In this document: piece after piece, positions 22,937-35,092 of the stretch
Position numbering within the stretch: position 1 is the first letter of the stretch
Layout of the letters: each line of letters opens with the position of its first letter
Assembly: GCA_043228905.1 (NCBI GenBank)
Contig: JBHGNT010000020.1
Span: 8,370,001-8,434,000, forward strand
Direction of reading: 5' to 3'
DNA from: Azolla caroliniana
Lineage: Eukaryota; Plantae; Polypodiophyta
Length of the DNA stretch: 64,000 nucleotides
Notes under the pieces: generated by a model
Databases searched by the model: none
What the model saw: only the letters and a program-made list of their open reading frames with translations
Told to the model about the DNA's origin: nothing
Made by a program: the position numbers and the translations under genes

Positions 22937-25900
22937 AAGCTTTTCATTAAACCGGCGTATATTCTCTGCCTTGTGTCCTTTGTGCACGACCAGATGATCG
23001 GTTACATCAAGGATGCAAAAACTACGAAAGAAGCTTCAGACAATTTGAAGAAGATTTTCATGGCAACACAACGGCCCTGAAGTTGCAGCTCGGACAAGAG
23101 CTCCTCAACATCTAACTGAGGAACATGTCGGTTACCGACTACACCATCAAGGTAAAGGAGATCTGCAACGTGTTCGGTTGCATCAACGTGATGGTGGACG
23201 AAGACGAGATGGTTTAGATCTGCCTCGGTGGTCTAGCACAATGGTACGGGCCGATCTGGACGACAATTGCACCAAGGAGAAACCGTCGTCCTTCTTCAAC
23301 CTACAATCAATTCTGATGTTTGAAGAAAACCACACGAGTGGGTCAAAGACGACTGAACTGGACAGTCGGATGTTGTACACGGAAGCGAATTGGCCCTGTG
23401 GGCGTTGAAGACGAGGTGGGTGGGCACGCAATAGTAGTGGCTGGCAAGAGCAAAATCGGAGGTACAGAGATAGTGCCGACAGCAATTCTAGACCCTCCAC
23501 AAGCAGGGGGAGTCAAGGCAGCACCGAAAACCGGCAATCGAAAGCCAACACGGAATGTTCGTACTGTGGCAAGAAAGGCCACTAGGAGAGCGAGTGTTGG
23601 AAGAAGCGTGCTGATTCAGATAGATCCAGATCAAGCAAGGCCAAACAAGGGAACTAGTAAAGCTCGCACAACGCAGAAGGATCTCAAGGATCCGATACCG
23701 GAAAGACTAGAAAAGGGCCAGCCTTCGTGATGAAGCACAAGGCAGACTCGATGAAAAAGACTACTTCTGCATCAGAGGAAGTGTGGTATGTTGATTGTGG
23801 AACATTTAACCACATGAAAAGCCACAAAGAGTGGTTCTCATTTCTGGAAAAGCCGGAGCAACCGGGAGTTGTCAAAACCAGAGACTACACTCCTCACCTT
23901 ATCGAGCATGTCGGAGAAGTTTCCTTGAGTCATGTCAGACAAAAGGGAAAGTTAATGAATGTTTTACATGTTCCGACAATCACGAAGAACCTGGTGTTGG
24001 TTAGACAGATCATCAACCAAGGGATGCAATTGCGGTTTACGCACCTCGATGCTTCATCGAGGAAGACGGCTAGATCATTGCATAAGGGCACCAGGAAGGG
24101 AGGATGTTTATAATCCTCAACACTTATGACGTCGACACTGCTCTATTCGCCAAAGGACAAAAAATTGAGTCAAACATCGACTTATGGCACAAACGAGTAG
24201 GCCATGTCAACTACTAGAGGCTTCAAGATCTGCAATCGAAACAGGTAGTTTCCGGATTGCCAAAATTTATTGGCTGGAAGGCCCAATTTTGTGAAGCCAG
24301 CCAGCTAGGGAAGCAACACCGGCTTCCATTCCCCACCGAAAGAAATCGGAGCCGTAACAAGCTCGAATTGATACATTCGGATGTATGGGGATCGGCACAG
24401 AATGTTAGTCTGGAAGGGAGCCAATATTTCGTCTTCGTCATCGACGACACACGTAGATATATCTCATCGAGAAGAAAAGCGAAGTCTTTGACTGTTTCTA
24501 GAACCTCCAAAGTCTTGTCAAACGGGAAATGGAGAGAAATATCAAGAGTCTGCGGTCAGATGGCGGAAAAGAATACTTTTCCTGTCAATTTAATAGTTAT
24601 CTACAGCAGAAAGGAATTCGGAGGGAATTCAGCTGCCAATACATGACGAAACAAAACAACATGGCCGAAAGGAAGAACTGGTTGATTGTTGAGGCGCCAC
24701 GGGCAATGCTTGAGGAGAAAAGCATGCCCAAGTTCTACTGGGGCAAGGCCGTCCGGACGACCATTTACATCCAAAACCAGATTGGGGATAAGGTGTCAGC
24801 ACACGAGCTATATTCCGGGCGTAAGCCGAATTTACGACATCTTAGGGTATTCGGCAACATTGCCTGTGTGCATGTGCCGGATGAGAGCTGGAGAAAGCTA
24901 GACCTGAAGTCATAGAAGTGTACCCTTGTCGGCTACTCACATGAGCAAAAGGGTTATAAGTGTTATAACCCCCAAACAAAACAAGTTCGAGTGAGTGGAG
25001 ATGTCGAATTTGAGTCAGCATCATGGTACTCTTTACCGACTCCGACCCCCGACTTCGACCCGATTCCAGAAGATGAGGCCAGTGAGCCTGAACAAGGCAA
25101 AAGATGATGAAGGATTCAATACTCTAGATGAGATTCCAATCTCATTTCGGTTGAGCAAGTCGAATGAAGAGCTGAGTCGGAAGGACCAGTAAGATGATGA
25201 GTCGGCGAGCAACGAAGACTCGGTCGTGCTCTCCCCACGTAAGGAACCAAGGAGAGGTTCACACGCAAAGAGAAGGGGAAGAAGAAGATGCCAAAGTATG
25301 ACACCGGCAGAGAAGAGTCGGATCGGAGCGAGTCCGACTCTAGAAAGAATGAAGACGGACCTTCAGAGACGAAGTGTGAGCCGGCTAAGAGGGTCGGCCT
25401 TGAAATTGCCTAACGAGAAGTTATGTTGATCGACCCGCCAGAAGAACCCCGTCAAATGGTATGGGTATAATGAGTACATGGCGCATCACTATGTGTACAT
25501 GAAGAAAGTGGTAGAAGTGCATCAGTTGGAGAGCTACGCAGAACCGGCAAAGGACACATTGGCGTGCCGCAATGGAGGAAGAAATGCGGGCACTCGATTC
25601 CAACGACACATGGGACTTGGTTGACCCTCCCCGACATTATAAACCAATCTGCTACAAGTGGGTTTTCAAGGTGAAGTACAATGCCAACGATTTGGTCAAC
25701 CGGTACAAGGCCCGGTCAGTGGCCAAAGGATATGTGTAGACCCACATAATCGACTACAACGAGAGACCTTCGCTCTTGTTGCGAAGATCATGACGGTCTG
25801 TGTGGTGCTAGCGATTGTTGCAGCAAGGGGGTGGCATCTTCACCAAATGGACGTGAAGAATGTGTTTCTTCAAGGTGACCTTGAAGAACAAGTCTACATG

Positions 25901-27226
25901 ATCCAGCCCCCCGGTTTTCAATCGGAGATGAACAAGTCGATAGTGTGATGATTCAAGAAGTCGCTTTATGGCTTGAAGCAAGCCCCCCGTGCTTGGAATT
26001 CAAAAATCACGTACCGGTTGCGTAAGATGGGGTTTGTAGCCTCGAAGTCGGACTCGTCATTATTCATATAGAAAGGTCAAGATGGTCTAGTATGTATCCT
26101 GCTATATGTGGACAATCTAGTTATTACTAGACTCGGACTTGCTAAAATCGGTCGAGTGAAGCCCTAGTTGTCAGATGTATTCGAAATGAAGGGCCTTGGG
26201 AACCTTCATTACTTTCTCGGGATCAAGGTGATCCATACCCCCGACGGCATATTGTTGTCCCAGAGACATTACGTGTTGAATATGTTGTTCAAGTTTGGCA
26301 TGACCAATTGCCAACCAATCTCCACACCCCTGGACCGGAACTTGAAGCTACATGCCGACTCTGGACCAGCCTACGATGAGAAACTGTTCCGGCAAATTGT
26401 CGGAAGCCTCATATACTTGACCATCCACCGACCCGATATCAATTATCCTGTCGAGATGATAAGCCCGTTTATGTAGAAGCCGACCATGTAGTAGGGATCG
26501 GCAACGGTTCGGTTTAGGCTTACCCGATTTGACCTTATCCAAGCCAAACCGATTAAGTCTAAACCATTTTCGGGTTCTCAAACCTGAACCAAACGAATCC
26601 TAAATCGGTTCCCAAACCAGTTTGGGAGACGACTTGGAAACCGGCTTGTCAAACGGTTTGGAAACCATCCTCTCCCTCTCTCTCTCTCTCTCTCAAACGC
26701 TCCACTATGTAGAATACAAGCTCCTTGGCTTCCTCCCTCTCTCTCTCTCGGACGATCCACTATGTAGAATACAAGCTCCTTGCCTCCCTCCCTCTCTCTC
26801 TCTCTCCCTCCCTCCCTCTCTCTTCGATCGAGCCCAATCCTTGCACAAATTTCTCTCACAACCACAATGTGCACTCTCGATTGCAACATTCATTGGTAAA
26901 GTTCTTGAACATCGAGAGTCACTACTCACCTTCACACATATCACTTGAAATGTAATATTTTTTGTCTCATAGGTCATATACGACCTCCGAAGACGATAAT
27001 ATAATCTATCTATCTATCTCTCATGTTTGTGTAGTCTCTCTCTCTCACTCTCTCACTCTCTCTCGTCTGTGTAGTCTCCTATCTCCCCTCTCTCTCTCTC
27101 CTCTGTGTAGTCTCCTATCTCCCTCTCTCTCTCTCTCTCTCTCCTCTGTGTGGTCTCCTATCTCCCTCTCTCTCTCTCTCCTTGTCTGTGTAGTCTCCCT
27201 CCCTCCCTCTCCTCTCCTCTATGTAG

Positions 27227-27267
<41 letters not shown>

Positions 27268-28909
27268 ATCTAAGTAGTCTCCCACCCTCTCTCTCTCTAT
27301 CTCAAGTTTCTAAACGCCTTAACCGCGTTCAACCGGTTTGGTGAGGCTCAAGCTAAGCCGAGCCGAGCTCAAACCGTTAAGGCAGGCTCAAGCCTAAGCC
27401 GAGCCGAGCCGCTAAGCCGCTAAGTCACTTTAGCCTAACGGTTTACGCTTCAGCCGAGCCGTTGTCGATCCCTACCGTGTGGCACCTTCAATGCGCGCAC
27501 CGAATACTGAGGTATGTTAGTGGCACTAAGGACCGGAGACTATTATACCGACATGGTATAACCGAGAAGCTAGTCAACTATACAAATGTCGACTAGGACA
27601 GTGATGCGTCGGATCGTCGGTCCACTTCCGGTTTTTCATTTTCTCTTGGTAGTGTAGTTGTTGCGTGGAGCAGTAAAAAGCAACCGACAGTGGCTTTATC
27701 GAGCACTGAGGCTGAGTATCGGGGCGCTACCGTTGCCACCTGTGAAGCCATTTGGCTTCGGCGGTTGCTGCAAGACCTCCGGATCGAAGTACCGACTTTG
27801 ATCCCGATCTATTGCGACAACATGAGTAGCATGCAGCTCCCCAAAAATCCTCTGTTCCATGCTCGGACGAAGCACATAGAAGTGCATTATAACATTGTGT
27901 GCGAGTGTGTCCTCAACAGTGAAGTCAAACTTCGATATGTTAAGAGGGATCGGCAGATTTCCGACATCTTCACCAACACACTTGGAACCAACAAGTTGCA
28001 ACATTTTTCAGAGATTCTTGGGCTACAACATCTCGACATGCCGCACTTGATGGGGAGAACCGGAACAAAAAAAGGTAATTCCACCGGACAAAGAGTCGGA
28101 GAGAAGGAAACAACCAAAACAGGGGGAGACAAGAAGAAAAAGGGAGTTGAGTCGTCCGAACAAGTCGGAACAAGCAACGACAGCGGCAGACTCAAGAAGG
28201 ACAGAGCTGGCCAAAAGAAGAAGGCCAAGACTCAAACGTGGTCCGATGTTGTGAAGGGCCTAAAGATTGAGGACGAATTGGAGACATCCGATTCAGGCAA
28301 GAGCTGGAACGAATCGGAGGCACCCGATTTGGAAGAGGTGGTTGATTTGGAGGAGCCAGATCAACAGAAGGCCAAACACTGAGGAGGAGCCAAAAGGAAG
28401 GACCAGCAAACACTGACACCACAATCCGACCTCAAGTGGGGCTTGAGAGGGAGTGTGGAGCGGACAAGCTCAACTGGATCCGGATCGGCTGAATAAGCTA
28501 GAGCCGGATTAGAGTTTAGATTGAAGAACCGGATCGATATCCAGAACCAAGAGCCGAATAGGAGAGCTGGATTGTAATCCGGATCAATATGAACCGGTAG
28601 TGCCATTAGAGGCCTATGAATCTAGCCTAGTACGTAAGCATATGGGAGTCTCTGTCAGATGCTCGTATGAGCATTGAAGTACATGTCAGTACTTTTGTCA
28701 GTCCTTTTGAAGACTTGTATTAAAAGTGTTCTGTAGGACATTGTATGTATAGAGTGTTGTTATTTTGAATTGAGCTTATTGTTCTGCTCTCTCTGTCTCT
28801 CCCGCGTACTCTCTGTGTGTCTAAGCTTTCCATTAGACCTGTGTATATTCTTTGTTGCTATCCGGTGAAGCCAGTTTCATCTACAAGCTTCCGCACGCTA
28901 CTTTTTACA
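22937..28909 (+). mobile_element. Degenerate Ty1/Copia LTR retrotransposon with 5' deletion and 3' LTR 28454-28909
   Basis: gag, protease (WYVDCGTFNHM), integrase (LIHSDVWG, LRSDGGKEY), RT ([10 protein letters not shown]), RNase H ([10 protein letters not shown]); PPT before 28454; LTR ends CTTTTTACA as in the 42743 element. Confidence 0.92.
26492..27474. mobile_element. Non-autonomous hAT-type DNA transposon inserted in the Copia RT
   Basis: TIRs TAGGGATCGGCAACGG / CCGTTGTCGATCCCTA; 8-bp TSD CCATGTAG / CCGTGTGG (two transitions); AACCG and GAGCC subterminal repeats. Confidence 0.82.
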
Positions 28910-29301
28910 CTCTTTGAGCAATATGTCTCTCTGTGTAACTGTCTCCTTCTTGTCTATTCTCTTGTTGCATAGTGAACAAATCTTCCTTAGTTGCTTCTTG
29001 TTGTTTGTCTAACTTGACAACAAATCCTACTTACTTCCGCACATTTAGCTGACTAAGACAATAATATCTCACTTATTCTTCAAAAATCCCAATCATGCAT
29101 GTATATATAGCATTCCTCCTTGTACAAAATGATGCAATAACACACAATGTTTCTTAGCCTAACTACCTGTGTAACTGTCTCTCTCTCTCTCTCTTTCTCT
29201 GTGAATACTTTGTGTATATTGCATTCTTGATATTATATAGGATCTCAAGCTTACTCTATGCTTGTTGTTCTTAAACAAGATCCATAAACATTCCATAGAA
29301 G

Positions 29302-29911
29302 CATAGCCTAGTCAACCAAACACACAACCAGTGTCAACAATAAACACTCATTTGTTTCAAATGAAGCTTTCTTGCATTCTCTAATCTCATTTTTTAGTTT
29401 CACAATCCTTCTTCTTAAGACTCTCATTCTCAATAACAATAATTTGTAGTTTTGCAATCTCTTTTATGAGTGCACTCATCTCTTCATTTTGTTTGTTTAT
29501 GGTTTCGTGAAGAGAAATGAAATGGTTGGTAAGCATTATCTCCATTGTGGCGGAGTTTGTTGCATTAATATCAATAATCATTGTGGCTCATTATTGTTCA
29601 TAGTCCCATAGCCTAGTCAACCAAACACACAACCAGTGTCAACAATAAACACTCATTTGTTTCAAATGAAGCTTTCTTGCATTCTCTAATATCATTTTTT
29701 AGTTTCACAATCCTTCTTCTTAAGACTCTCATTCTCAATAACAATAATTTGTAGTTTTGCAATCTCTTTTATGAGTGCACTCATCTCTTCATTTTGTTTG
29801 TTTATGGTTTCGTGAAGAGAAATGAAATGGTCGGTAAGCATTATCTCCATTGTGACGGAGTTTGTTGCATTAATATCAATAATCATTGTGGCTCATTATT
29901 GTTCATAGTCC
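29302..29911. repeat. 305-bp tandem duplication
   Basis: Copies start at 29302 and 29607; near-identical ORFs 29387-29581 and 29692-29886. Confidence 0.93.
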
Positions 29912-29993
29912 CATTGAACTTTGTGGCTCCTTTGGAGTGTTTGCCATTGTACCCTATGAGAAGTATACTTTTGAAATCTATATAGCTTTATAG

Positions 29994-30040
<47 letters not shown>

Positions 30041-30154
30041 AATAATCATTGTGGCTCATTATTGTTCATAGTCCCATTGAACTTTGTGGCTCCTTTGGAG
30101 TGTTTGCCATTGTACCCTATGAGAAGTATACTTTTGAAATCTATATAGCTTTAT

Positions 30155-30216
<62 letters not shown>

Positions 30217-30217
30217 C
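29878..30217. repeat. ~163-bp tandem duplication ending in (TA)n(GA)n microsatellites
   Basis: aataatcattgtggctc starts at 29878 and 30041. Confidence 0.9.
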
Positions 30218-30763
30218 ATCGTGACCTTGGTACACATTGCATTATTTTAATAAACCCTTTGAAAAGTATTGGCCACATATTGAGGTTGGAGGACAGTGGA
30301 CTGTTTAATTTGGAGTGCAATTGTGAAGTGTGCACATGCGACACACGCACCCACACATAGAAACAAGGATAAGGACACACCTCCTTCATGATATAAGGAC
30401 ATGTTGGGACATATGTTGCATTTTGGGTACTAAAAAGAAGGAGAAGAAGATGTAAGAAGGAGAAGAAGATGTGTTAAACAGTGAAAAGGCAAAAAGGGCA
30501 TATTGGGACAATGACCAAAAGTAGCATGTTGCCCAAAAAAATTGAAGTATGAAAAATGCGGCAGACCAAGAGCTACAGTTACGACAACCCCATATGCTCT
30601 CTCTCTCTCTGCTTTCTTTGAGGTCGTCTAATGGACCTACGTCTATTATAACTGTTCCCATTTTCGACCGAGATGATGTGGTTCGTTTGTTGCTTTTCAA
30701 CATTCAGTTTCATCATGTGCATCACTCTCGTGTATCCCGTGGATCCATCCATCTATTATAATA

Positions 30764-30828
<65 letters not shown>

Positions 30829-30862
30829 ATACAAAAGCCGGAAGAAACATTGACACTAAGAA

Positions 30863-33800
30863 ATGGAGGACCGCCAGATCAGGAGCCATACTCTGGTGCT
30901 CCTGGATATCCTCATGCTTCTATCAGTATCGCCACTACCCTCCATCTTCACACTGCGTGTGAATCCATCAAGTGCAGCCCGATCGCTTGTCAATGATGAT
31001 TTCACGACGCCTCCTTTGGAATTGGACTTGAACTTAGATACACCATCAGGAGGAGGAATTGTGGAGTCTAGTGGTGGCATTCCGCCGGCGCTGTTCCTGT
31101 TCGGTGATTCGTTGTGTGATACTGGAAATGGGCCGTTCGTGAACCATTCTCAAGCCATGAGTCTTCCGTTTGGAATGACATTCCCTGGCTATGCTATCGG
31201 CCGCTTTTCTGATGGTCGGGATGTCGTCCCCGACTTCCTTGGTAATTCTTCTAATGTAAGAGTAGAAGTGAGAATTTCTAGGCTGTTTTGATACCTTTAA
31301 ATTTGCAACAGGAGGAGGTGGAGGAGGTATCCATATAGTAAGTACATGATATATATATACATGTACATGTACATGGAGGGAGGGAAACCGAAATATTCTT
31401 TCATAATTGTGTATCCATGCATATTTTATGTTGTGTATATGTTGTAGCTGTGCATCTGGGGCTTCCGCCTCTAAATCCGTGGCTGAACGTCTTCCTCGAC
31501 TTCGATCAAGGGGCGACCTACGCAATCCCAGGGGCGACCGCATTGGCGTCCCTAACACCGTTTGCTCTCGGGAAGCAAGTCTCGTGGCACCTTGACCTCG
31601 TAGAGGAGGTTTACAATAGATCATCGCCATCAAATTTGACATTTAAACGGTCGACAAGGAGGACCTCCCAGGCCCAGCCTCGAAAACGGCTACCCACTGT
31701 TCAATCACTCCACGATGCGCTCTATGTCATACAGATCGGCGGGTTAGACTACAGAACTTATTATTTAGAATTGGATTATCCACCAGAGTTTGTGAGTGAT
31801 GCAATCATTCCCCTCGTTGTCGAGGAAATACGAGCTGGATTGGAGGTACTAACTTAGTGTCTACGAAATTTTGTTTTATGCAATAAATGAATGCCCTTAC
31901 AACATAATTTGCCTAACAACTTGCTTATGCTTTTGGTACAACTGCATTGGTTAAAATAAGACACTCTACTATGAAGGCCATGCCAGGAATTTTGTTGTTG
32001 CTGGGGTTGGAGCTCAAGGCTGCGCCTCCAGCCAATTGGCAACTTTTACTAATCTCACCAAAGACTCCCGTGGTTGTATTAAATCTATCGATGACATCAT
32101 TTGGAACAGTGGCCAACAAACGCTCGCGATGCTCAATGACCTTCATGACTTGCACCTTGATGCTAATTACACTTTTGTTGATTACTACTCTGCCACTCAC
32201 TATATCATCGACCATGCTGACCAATTCGGTATTTTTTTTTTAAATCCACACATACATTTGAAAACATATATGTACATATTCGTGATTGTGTAGCTAAATT
32301 TATATAGGCTTACAGTTTAGTTTGGCTCTACAGAGATGCCTTCTCTACAACGAAAAGGAGTGACATCAATGCAAGCTTATGCAACTATGAGCAAATCAAA
32401 TTCACTAACTAAATATATAATAATAATAAACACAGATCCAAAATAAAAAATTTCCTATAGACAAAATAGTTGTTGGTCTTCACATTCATAGAGAGAAAGA
32501 AATGGTGTGATTTAATTATGTTCCAATTAAAAGCTCTAAGAAAAACTTCATATTTTGTTCCAATTTCAATGATGGGAACGTAAAGACAAGCAACAATAAG
32601 TGAGTGGTTGTACATAATGGATACTTCTTAGTGTCCATTAGTGTCTAGTCCTTGAACATCGATAACATATGCATACTTCTTTAGTGGTGGGTTCATAGTT
32701 TGCCAAATAGTTGTTAGCTATTGTGGAACCACACATCATTCTATCATTCTATTTTGATACCATCTGTACCCATGAGTTCGCATAGGAATTAGCGAGGATT
32801 CAATATTTTTGAAAAGCAAAAGGATCACTTGTGTTACGGGCATGACCATATCCCGTGGTAAGTTTTACCGTAGTATTCTATACACATGGATAAAGTGTGA
32901 GGGTTAAACGAGAGTGTAAAGAAGGAAAGAATTACTTTTAATCCTTGGGATTGGGACAACCCATTGGGCCAAGTGTAAACTTGCTTGGGGACCTTAGGTC
33001 TAGCTATAAATATGAGGCCTAGCTACCCTCATTTGATATATTATCGATTATGTTGAGACTCCGTCATTGTGGTGGGTCAACTCTGGAAGTGAGCGCGCCA
33101 ACACTAGGTACGACTCGACGCCACGACAATGGTATGGAATGCCGATCGAGGCTCGAGTTCGTCTCGATCCCTTCGCTCGGGGGTGGTCGGGTGGATCAAC
33201 ATCCTTCTTTATCGCTCTCTTTCTTATTTTAGATCTATTATATCCTTATATCATGCTTACATTAGTAGCTAACTCTAACAATGGGTATCATAGCAATTGT
33301 TAGAGCTAGCTACTAATGTAAAGAATATGATAAGGATTTAATCGATAAATAGATAAGAGCGGAGAGAGAAAGAAGGGTGTCGATCCACCTGACCACCCTT
33401 GAGCGAAGGGATCGAGACGGACTCGAGCCTCGATCGGCGTCCCATACCATCGTCGTGGCATCGAGTCGTACCTAGTGCTAGCGCGCTCGCGACAAGAGTT
33501 GACCCACCACAATGACAGAGTCTCGACATAGTCGATAATGTCCCAAATGAGGGTAGCTAGGCCTCATACCTAAGGCCCCCAGGCAAGTTCACACTTGGCC
33601 TAATGGGTTATCCCAATCCCAAGGATTAAAAGTAATCTCGTCCTTCTTTGCACTCTCGTTTAACCCTCACACTTTATCCGTGTGTATAGAATACTACGGT
33701 AAAACTTACCACGAGATATGGTCATGCCTGTAACAACTTGGCTTGGTTGTGAATGACCATTGTTTGATGATAAGTACCCCTCAAGTATTTGGTAACTAGT

Positions 33801-34219
33801 GTGACTAGTTTTTCACACATATCCAAATGATAGTTGGGTATAATGTGAATACGAGAAATTCATTGACCACAATCTCTTATTAGGGAATTCAATGTGACGC
33901 AATGAATTTAAAGAGTATTGTTATTCAAATGTACTAACTACCTTAATTGTTGAATCTCATTGTAGGGTTCACCCATCCCTTCGATGCTTGTTGTGGTCCT
34001 GGACCTACGTATCCATATGGATTTGATTATCCAAATTTCATTTGCTCAAATGAGACAGAAGCATTATATGTATGCCCAAACCCTATTAACTTCATCAATT
34101 GGGATGGTGTTCATTTCACAGATAGCTTCAATTTCCAAATGTTTAACCACACATTCTTAACTAGATCCTTTATGTATCCCATTGATGGATTACGTAGCAC
34201 GAGTGCGTCACAAAAATGA
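30863..34219 (+). CDS. GDSL/SGNH esterase-lipase, 4 exons (30863-31241, 31448-31845, 31961-32228, 33966-34219)
   Basis: Hydrophobic N-terminus, FLFGDSLCDTGN, GRFSDG, IGGLDY, ACCG, WDGVHFT; phase-compatible GT-AG introns. Confidence 0.92.
32832..33735. mobile_element. Pair of inverted LTRs (32832-33280 and 33298-33735) around a PBS-like spacer, flanked by 5-bp TSD ACTTG, in GDSL intron 3
   Basis: Arms about 90% reverse-complementary; TG...CA ends; spacer ATGGGTATCATAGCAAT; same LTR occurs with a PBS at 57472-57940. Confidence 0.85.
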
Positions 34220-35092
34220 AAAAATAGATAATGGTGTCACAGTAAGAGCTTATCAATAAATGTTGTAGAACATTTGTCAACATGTTTCTTTATCACAATC
34301 ATTCTTCTACCATCTCAAGAAATTAAGAATTAAATGTTTAGAAATTTATTTAGGAGTTTATAAGTTAGCAATATGCGACTTGTAAGTTTAATAATAAAGC
34401 AAATGATCATGGTTCTACTTTAGGAAATTCGGATATGTTCATTAGTATGGAAAGCTCTTTTTGCAAATAGCATAAAAGAAAATTTCCTCGATATTAGATC
34501 ACGTTTTTCATCTCATTTCATTTGGACATGAATTCTTCTTCTTTTATTTGGTGGATTTCTGTCTAAAGAATTTGTATTGCTTACTTGGAATCGTAAAGAT
34601 AGATGAGAACATCTCTAATTGTGTCGACAAAATGACATTAAGTGACCATTGAAAATTGTCAAGGATTTACCTTTAGGCCTAATTATATGCAAAGTTTTCA
34701 AGTGAGAGATCCTAAAATCTTAAACTTAACCAAAATAAGCTTCTTAAATTTCATTCCAAACCATCAAGTTGAAAATTATTGCCAAGGTGTTTGAATTTCA
34801 CAATGAATGCTATCGTAGTGATGAATCCATATTACTAATTTGCAAGCAAAAGAAACGTGACGATTTAGACTAATTATGGAAAGGATGATGTTTGTTCTTG
34901 TAGTGGATGAAAATTGTTGACAATATTCTAACTTGTACATAATGTTGTTTTGTTCAAATAAAACCATGAAATTTAGTTTTTAGATAAGAAAAAAAAACCC
35001 TTAACTTTAAAATAAGTTGTAGCCTTCTTCCCAAAAAAGTCGTCGATTAAAACACTATTTTAATTAAAAGTATTAGTTTGAGCAAATTTTGA

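Noticed and set aside
26578-27344. ORFs rich in SL or RE repeats (also ~30141-30996 and 41677-42030)
   Set aside because: Translations of (CT)n and (TA)n microsatellites
29387-29886. Two 64-aa coiled-coil-like ORFs as a gene pair
   Set aside because: Product of the 305-bp duplication; no splice or domain support
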